IMG/VR virus record: IMGVR_UViG_3300025122_000006
Reading direction: 5' to 3' (one strand)
Origin: a virus
DNA length: 64,000 nucleotides
A model generated the notes under the pieces. It ran no database searches. It saw only the letters and a program-made list of their open reading frames with translations, and was not told where the DNA came from. Positions 41,429 through 50,045 of the stretch are shown one piece after another (the first letter of the stretch is position 1; every line of letters starts with the position of its first letter). The position numbers and the translations under genes are program-made.

Positions 41429-42660
41429 TCATACTCCTTAATAATATCCTCTATTTCACCCAGCCAATTATCATCATTCTCATATACGCAATTAACAAAA
41501 TTTTCAAATAATTTTTCATCACTAAAATTTTCATTAATTATTTTTTTTAATTCTAATGCTGTCTTTTTTGCTTTATCGTAGTTTTTCCAAGTCTTTCTTA
41601 ACATCATCTTATACGATCCCTGGTCTGCATGTGCCCACATTGAATCTTGTTGGATTACTCCCTCCCATATTGCTTCTGGTTGTACCGGGGCTAAAGAATA
41701 TTTTACTTTTTGAAAATAATCCTTCTTATTATGTCTCAGAAAATCTAGCTGCCCAGACCAAGATATTGTAATAACGGGCAATCCTTCTCTGGCAGCTTCG
41801 TACAAAGGTAATCCGAAACCTTCTCCATGTGCTATATTAATTATTGATTTAATTTTTTCATGATTATATAACCAAGTCATTTGACCACTAGAAAGATCAC
41901 CGTGAAGAAGATAAACTTTGCATTTTCTATCTGGATATTGTTTCATAAACATTGATAATGAACCTTCTACCTGTTGTTTGTCCATAATAGAATTGCTTTT
42001 AATATTTGTTTTAACTACAAGCCCAACTTCTTGATCTATAAACTCTTCAACCCACCATTTAATAGAATTTGTAAAGTTCTTTCTAGGTCCCATTTGTGAT
42101 ACAATTAAAAAATTAAAATCATAAACTAACTGAAACTCATTAATCTCTTCTGGGCTTGTTCTAGGTGTGTTTTCCCAAACAACTTCAACGGGTTTTTCAA
42201 GCTTATAAGGAAACTGTTCTCCTGTATTGTTGTTTACAGCCGTAACCATGGTCTTTTTATAAGTATTTTTTGCATGATTGGAAACGACAAGAATCTTATC
42301 CATATCATTTCCTTTTTGAAGCCAAATAGGTGCCACTTTATTAGTTTCAATACCCGCCGTATAACCAATGTTAACAGGACAAATTTTTTCAAATTCATTA
42401 GGGATTGTAATTTGTAAACTAATATCTGGTGTTAATTTTTTTTCCTGAACTAGTATCTGAGTCTGTATAATTTTATCATCCACCCATCGACGAAACTCAT
42501 CATCCTCCCAAACCCAACCAGTTTCTCCCCAAGGGATGGGTTGGATATAAATATCAAATAAATCTTCTCTTGATCTTAAAGCTCGTAATGCAAACCTAGC
42601 TTGCTCCCCATAGCCAGATTGGGAAAGAATCGGACCTCTTACAAATATTTTTTTTATCAC
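41425..42660 (-). CDS. GT4-family glycosyltransferase
   Basis: SGYG; PRKN; GEGFGLPLYEAA..GLPVI. Confidence 0.9.
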   Translation of the reverse strand: MIKKIFVRGPILSQSGYGEQARFALRALRSREDLFDIYIQPIPWGETGWVWEDDEFRRWVDDKIIQTQILVQEKKLTPDISLQITIPNEFEKICPVNIGYTAGIETNKVAPIWLQKGNDMDKILVVSNHAKNTYKKTMVTAVNNNTGEQFPYKLEKPVEVVWENTPRTSPEEINEFQLVYDFNFLIVSQMGPRKNFTNSIKWWVEEFIDQEVGLVVKTNIKSNSIMDKQQVEGSLSMFMKQYPDRKCKVYLLHGDLSSGQMTWLYNHEKIKSIINIAHGEGFGLPLYEAAREGLPVITISWSGQLDFLRHNKKDYFQKVKYSLAPVQPEAIWEGVIQQDSMWAHADQGSYKMMLRKTWKNYDKAKKTALELKKIINENFSDEKLFENFVNCVYENDDNWLGEIEDIIKEYE

Positions 42661-43922
42661 GCTATCTCCTTAAATGTAATACTATTATATCCTTTTCTTG
42701 TGGACCAAGAACCTTGTTCTTCATGCAAATCTAACATTAACTTCACCCATTTACTTTTAAATTCTGTAAAATTATAATTCTCCAAAACATGCTGCCTACC
42801 TTCTTTTCCCATTTGTAAACGAGCATCCTCACCCATATCATATAAATTATTTAAGGCAGATAAGAAATGTTCCTTACTAACTCTATCTTCATAAATATAT
42901 GGAACTTCTTGAGAGCCTATAATAACTTTGGATACAGGAAATAAGGGAACACCAAACTGTTTTCCTGGAGCGATTACTTGTTCCTGTAAGCCGCCGGTAA
43001 CCGTCGCTATAATTGGAGTCCCGCAAGAAAGAGATTCTAGAGTAGATAACCCAAAACCTTCTGCGTCTGATATATTGACGGTAACATCAACTAAATTATA
43101 AAATTGGGGCATTTTCTCTAATGGAACCTTTGTTGTAGAAAATAAAACCTGTCCGGCATCTAAACCCAATTCCTCAACAATATGAATTAAATCCTGCCCG
43201 TGGGAATCCTTGGGATCGGTATGCATTATTAATTGAGCTTTGTCGTGCAAATCTCTCTTATCTAGCCATTCTTTAAACCACCATATTAATGTACCAGATT
43301 GTTTTCTACGAGCATTTCTGTTGTTCCAAAAAATTATAAATTTATCAACGTCTTTATCAGAAATGCTCGATTGACGAAAAGCTTTTCTTTGCTCTTTACC
43401 TATGCGTGTAAACAAACTACTGTCAACTGCATGAGGTAAATAAGTACATTTTACTTCAGGAGCCACGTTTCTTACAACATCTTCAGTTAATTTAGATATA
43501 GCCACAACAAGATCGTTCGATAAATAAAATTGACGATTAAAATTTGGATATGGATAGTTATCCCAAACATGATAATAAACAATTGGACAAAGAGGCCTGA
43601 TTTCATTCTCAATCATCCATAACCATCCGTAAAATCTTGGATCAGTCATAATCCATAGTATATCTGGCTTTTCGTTTCTCAACAAAGACCTTATCATATC
43701 TTGAGTACCATAGCCGTCAACGGGAAAAATTCTCCATTCTTCCGCCCAAGGCTCTACTGACATTGGCTCATAATTATTGTGTTTAATAGCTCCTCCTAAT
43801 GAAATAACCTCAAATTTACCAGATTCTAGAAGAGCCTCACAAACATAACGAGTTTGAGTGCCGACACCAGATGGACTTAATGGGTGATCACCTATAGTTA
43901 AAACTTTGATTTTTTTAGACAT
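42657..43922 (-). CDS. GT4-family glycosyltransferase
   Basis: SGVG; PHAVD; RNARRK; EGFGLSTLESLSCGTPII...GG. Confidence 0.9.
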   Translation of the reverse strand: MSKKIKVLTIGDHPLSPSGVGTQTRYVCEALLESGKFEVISLGGAIKHNNYEPMSVEPWAEEWRIFPVDGYGTQDMIRSLLRNEKPDILWIMTDPRFYGWLWMIENEIRPLCPIVYYHVWDNYPYPNFNRQFYLSNDLVVAISKLTEDVVRNVAPEVKCTYLPHAVDSSLFTRIGKEQRKAFRQSSISDKDVDKFIIFWNNRNARRKQSGTLIWWFKEWLDKRDLHDKAQLIMHTDPKDSHGQDLIHIVEELGLDAGQVLFSTTKVPLEKMPQFYNLVDVTVNISDAEGFGLSTLESLSCGTPIIATVTGGLQEQVIAPGKQFGVPLFPVSKVIIGSQEVPYIYEDRVSKEHFLSALNNLYDMGEDARLQMGKEGRQHVLENYNFTEFKSKWVKLMLDLHEEQGSWSTRKGYNSITFKEIA

Positions 43923-43950
43923 ACGTCTCCTTAATGTTTGTTTTGGTTAT

Positions 43951-43979
43951 AATATAACACATGAAAAATGTATTGTCAA
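43951..43979 (-). promoter_or_regulatory. Sigma70-type promoter heading the glycosylation locus
   Basis: TTGACA-17-TATATT with TGTG before -10, A/T-tract UP element upstream, AAGGAG RBS downstream. Confidence 0.8.
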
Positions 43980-44005
43980 GAAAAAAGTTGAATTTTTTTT
44001 TATTT

Positions 44006-44959
44006 TTATATGGAGTCGAAATAAATAACCCCACTTACAACAGCTACCGACAAAGCAAGCCCGAGCATTATCTTTAAAAAATCTGCCACCAGCATTGGAA
44101 AGATCACGCTTATTTCTTTACCTTGATTAAATGTGCGATAAACGGCCAATTCGCGCCCTGCAAGCAATCCTACAAAGACCCAAGTGGTAGACATAGGGAT
44201 CGCACTGTGGATCTTAAAATACCACAATACCAGCGCATAGAATAGATCTATCAAACAGGCCGATCTAATGAAACGAGTTCCGCTTTTGGATAGGACAATT
44301 TCTTGGATCTTTCCTCCGCGATTGTAAAAGAGGCTGCCAAGGCCTATTACAAGCACTCCAATCACGCCAAGCATCATGGACAAGGGGACATCGTTGCGAG
44401 GCAAATAAACGAACACGTTGGCGATGTCATGAGACAACCACATATGCCACAGGAATCCTGTTGAGAGCCATTGAGCTATCATCCAAAATTTCTTGTTCTC
44501 TTCTCGGACTTTTTCTTTTTCGTTGAAAAATTGATGAAGGAGCATCCAGATAGCATAGGCAGATAAGGCAGCAACTCCATAACCCAATGCTGATTTCATA
44601 ATTATCTTTTCTAACACCAGGCTGCTTGAAAATGCGCTAAGAGTTAGAAGCGTTGTTGACACCGGAATACCAAAACGAGTAAGCCCCAACAAAAGTGCCG
44701 GGGCTAAAGCATGATACCAATGGAAAGTTTCCGGAAGAGGGATCCTATCCAATCTTCCGAAAGCAATATCCCCGGCAAACCAGCCAGACAAAAGAGTCGC
44801 GGTTAGAATGATAGAAGCAAAAGCCCACATCCAATACCACTTTACTTTTTTGTTATTGGAGCTTATGAATGTTCCAAGAGTTTGAGCGCTGTCGTTTCCA
44901 ATAACCGACAGGGCAGCTAGAAGAAAACCCAGAACACCAAACACCGCAGATAAAGACAT
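44006..44959 (-). CDS. PiT/PHO4-like inorganic anion (phosphate) transporter
   Basis: About 9-10 TM segments; GNDSAQTLG and HDIAN resemble the PiT GANDVAN repeats; PVSTT and PMSTT motifs. Confidence 0.65.
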   Translation of the reverse strand: MSLSAVFGVLGFLLAALSVIGNDSAQTLGTFISSNNKKVKWYWMWAFASIILTATLLSGWFAGDIAFGRLDRIPLPETFHWYHALAPALLLGLTRFGIPVSTTLLTLSAFSSSLVLEKIIMKSALGYGVAALSAYAIWMLLHQFFNEKEKVREENKKFWMIAQWLSTGFLWHMWLSHDIANVFVYLPRNDVPLSMMLGVIGVLVIGLGSLFYNRGGKIQEIVLSKSGTRFIRSACLIDLFYALVLWYFKIHSAIPMSTTWVFVGLLAGRELAVYRTFNQGKEISVIFPMLVADFLKIMLGLALSVAVVSGVIYFDSI

Positions 44960-44971
44960 TTTTACCTTCCT

Positions 44972-45271
44972 TTAAAAATTCACATCAATTCTTAGAGTTG
45001 GGCCATACTCTAGTTTCCAATTATTTTTTCTTTGGTGCTGGAGAAATATGTGAGGATCCAATTTGATATAATCATTTGCTTGATGTCTTATCCCAAATCT
45101 CAATTTATTTTTATTTAAAATATTTCCAGAATCATGTGAATTCAAAGCCACCTCGTTAGACACATAAGGCTTAATTGGTGCTCCCACATCAAACTCAAAT
45201 CGAGTATTATTTACTATTGTCACCGAACCCTCGGCGTAGCATAAGCTCATTAAAAAAACTACTAAAAACAT
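44972..45271 (-). CDS. Small secreted beta-strand protein (outer-membrane barrel fragment-like)
   Basis: Signal peptide; alternating beta pattern; terminal Phe (RIDVNF). Confidence 0.45.
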   Translation of the reverse strand: MFLVVFLMSLCYAEGSVTIVNNTRFEFDVGAPIKPYVSNEVALNSHDSGNILNKNKLRFGIRHQANDYIKLDPHIFLQHQRKNNWKLEYGPTLRIDVNF

Positions 45272-45320
45272 CGCATTTCTCCTCTGTTCCTAGTAGTTAG
45301 TTTTCATTTATTTGTTTCTT

Positions 45321-46094
45321 TTAGGGGCAATGTTTTGTCTTGTGAAAGTCACAATTAGAACAAGACTTTCTAATCTTGACAAAGTTTTTAGCCTTGATAG
45401 TTCTACACCCGTCTGTAAGTAATTTTGTAGCGTTTGTTGTCTTTCGCTTACCAGATGTTACACGAAAAATTTCAACTTTATTTTCCTTAGCTGTTCTCTT
45501 GAGGAGACCGAAATGAGTCTCAACTAAATCCGGATCGATATCATGCTTCTTGCAGAAAAATTTCTTATATAAAGTCAGCTGATAAGTCACCAGCTTTTCC
45601 GATCTCTTCTCTGCTTTCCAGCCCCAACTGCAAGATTTCCAATCAAGAATATGATATTTCCCGTCCTCTGTCTTGATGACAAGATCCATGAAACCTTTGA
45701 GGTGCCACTTGTAAGCAAGTTCATCGATCTCTTCGTAAAGCCTCTCTTCCGTTGAGAATACTTCGTATTCTCCAAAGTGTTCTTTCAACTGTGGGAAGAC
45801 AGAAGGGGAAATCTCTTTGCCCTGCTGCCGCATTTGCGTGATCATTTTGTTGTCTGGTTTGTCATCCAGTTTCTTTAGTTCACACAAAAATGCTAAATCA
45901 AAATGTTCGTCATAATCTATAGGCTCTAATTCGCCTTTTGCTATATGTTCACAAACACTATGTATTGCCGTTCCAAATGCTGTAAAGACATTTCCAGTAA
46001 AACCTTTAATCTTATCGATGTATTGTAGTTTGTGCTTAAAAGGGCACTCTGCCCAAGTTCTCAATTCTGAGAATGAAATGTGTTGCTTTGTCAT
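45321..46094 (-). CDS. PD-(D/E)XK exonuclease, Cas4/AddB-like
   Basis: SFSEL...CP; GTAIH; EE; LKGFMD; ILDWKS; QLTLY; C-terminal CSNC...C. Confidence 0.9.
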   Translation of the reverse strand: MTKQHISFSELRTWAECPFKHKLQYIDKIKGFTGNVFTAFGTAIHSVCEHIAKGELEPIDYDEHFDLAFLCELKKLDDKPDNKMITQMRQQGKEISPSVFPQLKEHFGEYEVFSTEERLYEEIDELAYKWHLKGFMDLVIKTEDGKYHILDWKSCSWGWKAEKRSEKLVTYQLTLYKKFFCKKHDIDPDLVETHFGLLKRTAKENKVEIFRVTSGKRKTTNATKLLTDGCRTIKAKNFVKIRKSCSNCDFHKTKHCP

Positions 46095-46759
46095 TAGTCC
46101 TCCAAATGAACAAGTTTATCTATTTTTGTGTATAGCACGGGGCTAATTTTTTGTAGGCTCGTTTTATCTCCGATAAAATATTCCTCGAATCCTCTAGCAA
46201 AATATTCACTAACTGATGTTGCTGCGTAACCAGAAACAAATATATTAACTGCTACTTGATTTAAAATATCATATCCAACTGTTTTGAAAAGAAAATTATC
46301 GATATCTTTATCATATTCAATATTAATTGAAAAGTCTTTTGGTAAATCAAACATATCTCCCAAAACAGTTGCTAAATTTTTTCTTTTTGCTATAAATTCT
46401 CTTTGCACAGTACCGGATCCATAAATCAATTCATCATTATTTCTTTCCACAGCATGCGCAAGTTCATGTATAATATCATCAATCATATCCATTTCATCTT
46501 CTTGTTGATTAGTTACATAAATTGCGCCATCTTCATAAAAAGCATTTATTTGTCGCTTTTTCATCTCAGGAAATTGTCCGATATAAATTATATCAACACC
46601 ACTTGTTAAACGAAACGGGACTCTAGCATTTATATAATTAAAAACAAAATTAGGATCAATGGAATCTGGCAATTTGTCTTTAATGTAGACATCTATCCCG
46701 CTTACTCTATACATATCTTTCAATTTCTTTCCTTTCTTGGCCGATTCTGTTATCCACAT
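46094..46759 (-). CDS. Putative zinc metallopeptidase (gluzincin-like)
   Basis: IIHELAHAV and downstream YAATSVSEYFA. Confidence 0.6.
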   Translation of the reverse strand: MWITESAKKGKKLKDMYRVSGIDVYIKDKLPDSIDPNFVFNYINARVPFRLTSGVDIIYIGQFPEMKKRQINAFYEDGAIYVTNQQEDEMDMIDDIIHELAHAVERNNDELIYGSGTVQREFIAKRKNLATVLGDMFDLPKDFSINIEYDKDIDNFLFKTVGYDILNQVAVNIFVSGYAATSVSEYFARGFEEYFIGDKTSLQKISPVLYTKIDKLVHLED

Positions 46760-46783
46760 AATTATTCACCATTAATTATTTAT

Positions 46784-46812
46784 AATATAACACAAAAGGA
46801 GAGATTTGTCAA
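46784..46812 (-). promoter_or_regulatory. Sigma70-type promoter
   Basis: TTGACA-17-TATATT with TGTG; intergenic, upstream of ATG 46759. Confidence 0.8.
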
Positions 46813-46813
46813 A

Positions 46814-47233
46814 TTATTTATTTGTTCTCATAATCCAATCAGCAATCGGCAAAACGACATTCCAGTTTGAATTTGGGTTTTCCATATGATGTCTCCAATG
46901 CCAAGGCTGCCACATTCTAGCCCAGTGTGGATTCTGATGTCCGTAATTATGTAAAACTAAAAAGGCTATAGCGTAACAAATTGTAGCGCAAAAAAAGAAA
47001 GGGCTAATGTAATAAAAAGGTAAATGGATAAGGCCAAGTAAACATAAACCATGTGACTCCCTAGAAGAAATTCTAGAGTCGACAAAATTATTTTTTTTAG
47101 ATACTGCATGATGTCCCCTCAAATGAAAGGAAAAAATACTATCCTTTTTCCTTCCGTATTCATGAAATAGTTTCTTATGTACCCACCATTCCAAAAAACT
47201 AGCATAAATAAATCCTAAAATAAAGGCTATCAT
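46814..47233 (-). CDS. Fatty-acid hydroxylase / sterol desaturase superfamily membrane protein
   Basis: His boxes EWWVHKKLFH, HLRGHH, LHNYGH, HWRHH; NWNV...D...T. Confidence 0.8.
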   Translation of the reverse strand: MIAFILGFIYASFLEWWVHKKLFHEYGRKKDSIFSFHLRGHHAVSKKNNFVDSRISSRESHGLCLLGLIHLPFYYISPFFFCATICYAIAFLVLHNYGHQNPHWARMWQPWHWRHHMENPNSNWNVVLPIADWIMRTNK

Positions 47234-48573
47234 AATAACTTAGCTGCAGCAGTTGCTAATTTGGATCGCTCTCCTTTCCTAAATGTAATGTGTCCAGCAA
47301 GCTCACTTTCCTTGAATTTCTCGACAGCATATGTTAAACCGTTATTAGTTTCATTTGTGTAAACATTGTCTATTTGTTCAATATCTCCAGTTAAAACAAT
47401 TTTTGTATTCTCACCAACACGAGTAATGATAGTTTTAACTTCATGCGCGGTAAGATTTTGTGCTTCATCAATAATAACAAAAGAATTAGAAATTGATCTA
47501 CCTCTTATGTAAGTAAGCGCTTCGATCTCTATTTGGCCTCTTTCAACATAACTTTCCAGCATTGTTCTGTCATTTCCCATAATAAATTGAATATTATCTT
47601 GAATTGGCTTTAACCAAGGAAGCATTTTATTTTCTAATGTTCCTGGTAAAAAACCGATATCTTTCCCAACTGGCTGGACGGGTCTGGAAATCACAATTCT
47701 ACGGTATTTTGCGTCTTTTTTACCTAAAGTTTGTTCAAGACCAGCCGCAATAGCCATCAAGGTTTTCCCCGAGCCTGCCTTGCCAATGAGAGAAATAAGC
47801 GGAACTGTGTCATCAAATAAGAGATCATATGCGAAAGATTGCTCTTTGTTCCTAGGGAAAACACCCCAAAGAAGCTCACTATTTAAATCTATCAAGTGTT
47901 TAATTGGCTCTTTATGATCCTTAAATCTAGCCAAAGCTGTCTTTTTTTCGTTACTAGATGATACAAGCATGATAAATTGATGAGGGTGCAATTTTATTTT
48001 TTGTTCATCGCATATATCTTTATCGATATTTACTTCTTCTCCGAGATAAAATTGGTTGATTAATTCTTCATCAACAAGTAGTTTTGCAAAACCATCATAA
48101 ATTTTATTTCGATCTTCGACGACTCGAGTTGTAACATAGTCTTCCGAGATTAATCCTACAGCATCAGCAATAACTCGCATATTAATATCACGAGATACCA
48201 CAATCGTTTTTCTTCTAGAATATTGTTTTTTAATGGTTAATGCTGTTGCCAAGATAAGATGATCAGGTAGTTTATGAGACAAGTCTCTAGGAAGTTCGTT
48301 AAAGGCTATTTCTGACGCTTTGACCACCCGGATCAGCCCTAACCCTTTGGCAAGACGAACGCCCTTTAAAAGTGATCCTTGGGCTCTTAAAGCGTCCAAG
48401 TTTCTAATCGTCTGCCTTGCATTGTGTCCTACTGAGTCCTGGCGTTTTTTGTGCTTATCAATTTCTTCAAGAACTTTTAGAGGCAAAAATATATCATTAT
48501 TTTGAAATTTAAACAAACAATTTGCATCCGAAAGAAATACGCTTGTGTCAAGAATTAAATTTTTTTTAGCCAT
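47230..48573 (-). CDS. phoH: PIN-domain PhoH family ATPase (PhoH2/YlaK type)
   Basis: ILDTSVFLSD..VLEEID (PIN); GKAGSGKT; IGFLPG; YIRGRS; IIDEAQN; TRVGE..K.VLTGD..QID. Confidence 0.95.
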   Translation of the reverse strand: MAKKNLILDTSVFLSDANCLFKFQNNDIFLPLKVLEEIDKHKKRQDSVGHNARQTIRNLDALRAQGSLLKGVRLAKGLGLIRVVKASEIAFNELPRDLSHKLPDHLILATALTIKKQYSRRKTIVVSRDINMRVIADAVGLISEDYVTTRVVEDRNKIYDGFAKLLVDEELINQFYLGEEVNIDKDICDEQKIKLHPHQFIMLVSSSNEKKTALARFKDHKEPIKHLIDLNSELLWGVFPRNKEQSFAYDLLFDDTVPLISLIGKAGSGKTLMAIAAGLEQTLGKKDAKYRRIVISRPVQPVGKDIGFLPGTLENKMLPWLKPIQDNIQFIMGNDRTMLESYVERGQIEIEALTYIRGRSISNSFVIIDEAQNLTAHEVKTIITRVGENTKIVLTGDIEQIDNVYTNETNNGLTYAVEKFKESELAGHITFRKGERSKLATAAAKLL

Positions 48574-48627
48574 ATTTTTCCTGTTTTTAATTATGCACAA
48601 GAACTACTTCTAGTTAGTTTTACTAAA

Positions 48628-48870
48628 TTAACGTTCAGGGCCGATGCCCATTTCATTCATCTTGATGATATACTCTAAAAGTTCTTGAAGTTTTGGATCC
48701 TTTGCAATTTGCCACCCAACGGTTCCGACTGCCGCTACTTCTTCTAAAGAAATATCGGCCGCGGAAGCAGTTTGGCACCAATAAATAATTGCTTTCATTA
48801 TTTCCATAATTTGTGGATCTGCCTCTGCTTTTGCAAGAAAAGATTCCAAGTGTTTATCATTTAATTTCAT
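48628..48870 (-). CDS. Hypothetical protein (start MKLNDK at 48870)
   Basis: ORF track; the upstream extension overlaps the next gene. Confidence 0.55.
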   Translation of the reverse strand: MKLNDKHLESFLAKAEADPQIMEIMKAIIYWCQTASAADISLEEVAAVGTVGWQIAKDPKLQELLEYIIKMNEMGIGPER

Positions 48871-49300
48871 TTTGTTTTTCCTTTGCGGCACCAACGAGCC
48901 ACGATGATGATTGAACTTTTCCTCCCCCGATACCCCAAAGCATCTGAACATCAAGAAATTCACATAATTCAATTTCAGGAGTATTATTTTCTTTTCTATC
49001 CCCACCATTTGCAAACGCGGTCGGCTGTAGTCTTCTTATAGCTTCGCAGACTGTATCGTCACGATCGTCTACGCTACTGACCATGTTTACTCCTATAATA
49101 TTACTCAGAATATAAGCGCGTTCATCATAAGGCATAAACACATAACCTTTTTTTCTTCGAAGCCAATCGTCCGAATTTACAACTACAATAACATCACCCA
49201 GCTGGGCGGCTTCCTGTATCATTTGAATATGACCCACGTGGACAGGATCAAACCCTCCACTTACCATAACTTTCCTTCTCTTTGCAGCTTCGTATGACAT
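48857..49300 (-). CDS. Cytidylyltransferase-like (TagD/RibL family) nucleotidyltransferase
   Basis: SGGFDPVHVGH; VNSD.WL.RKKG; FANGGDR; K.QSSS. Confidence 0.85.
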   Translation of the reverse strand: MSYEAAKRRKVMVSGGFDPVHVGHIQMIQEAAQLGDVIVVVNSDDWLRRKKGYVFMPYDERAYILSNIIGVNMVSSVDDRDDTVCEAIRRLQPTAFANGGDRKENNTPEIELCEFLDVQMLWGIGGGKVQSSSWLVGAAKEKQNEIK

Positions 49301-49624
49301 TTAAACCTTTGCCATTAGTTTCGAAGCAGGAGAATCTGGTGTTAGTTTTGACAAAACAGTTTCTTGTAAATTAAAATTATCAATGAACGATTTAAGTTCC
49401 CCAAATGCTTTCTTAAAATCAGGCTCCATCAACACTTCGGTCTTGCCTCCGTGTCCATGAATGGCACGAACCTCTCCAATGCTATCATATACCGTTACAC
49501 TCGGATGTTCACTCAACCAAGTAACAGCAACTTTACCATTATCAAAGACAAATCCTTGTGCGACCCTTCCTGTTCCAGAAATTCCACTTTCATCTTCGCT
49601 TCTTTTTAAATAAAATATTTTCAT
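49301..49624 (-). CDS. Hypothetical phage protein
   Basis: FYLKRSEDESGISGTG.VAQG..F..G..A..W...IHGHGG; start MKIFYL at 49624. Confidence 0.65.
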   Translation of the reverse strand: MKIFYLKRSEDESGISGTGRVAQGFVFDNGKVAVTWLSEHPSVTVYDSIGEVRAIHGHGGKTEVLMEPDFKKAFGELKSFIDNFNLQETVLSKLTPDSPASKLMAKV

Positions 49625-49634
49625 ATCAAAATTC

Positions 49635-50045
49635 TTAAATCCATTCAAAATCGTCGTCACTATCATTTTCTTCATCGGGTTTATTAACAGCCTTAAGGGG
49701 TTCTATTTTATGGATATCAGATCTCCTAAAGTCTTTTATTATTTTTTCGTGATTTTTGGCAATAAAACCCAATGTCATCGTAAATACTTCAAAAAAATCC
49801 TCTACATATGGCAATATTGTCAAAATCGAATCTCTAATTGAAATTTTCACTATTGGAGAGGATCTATCAATTTCCACTTCAAAATTCCTATCTCCACTTA
49901 AATAGGCTTTAAAATCCGATTTTTCATTGAAATATTCGCACATTCGAATAATATAATAATTTTCTTCTCCATAAGATTCTAATTTTAGATCTATACCGTA
50001 TTCTAGAACATCTTTTATGCCTGATGAAGTAAAATCGCCGCTCAT
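49635..50045 (-). CDS. Hypothetical protein
   Basis: ORF track; packed operon, acidic tail. Confidence 0.6.
   Translation of the reverse strand: MSGDFTSSGIKDVLEYGIDLKLESYGEENYYIIRMCEYFNEKSDFKAYLSGDRNFEVEIDRSSPIVKISIRDSILTILPYVEDFFEVFTMTLGFIAKNHEKIIKDFRRSDIHKIEPLKAVNKPDEENDSDDDFEWI

Noticed and set aside
22637-43922. Bacterial O-antigen/capsule island (host contamination or prophage flank)
   Set aside because: No wzx/wzy/ABC exporter or initiating phosphoglycosyltransferase, and the locus is co-oriented and contiguous with phage sigma and baseplate genes.
45321-46094. CRISPR-Cas system suggested by the Cas4-like gene
   Set aside because: No repeat-spacer array or other cas genes seen; solo Cas4-like nucleases are common in phages.
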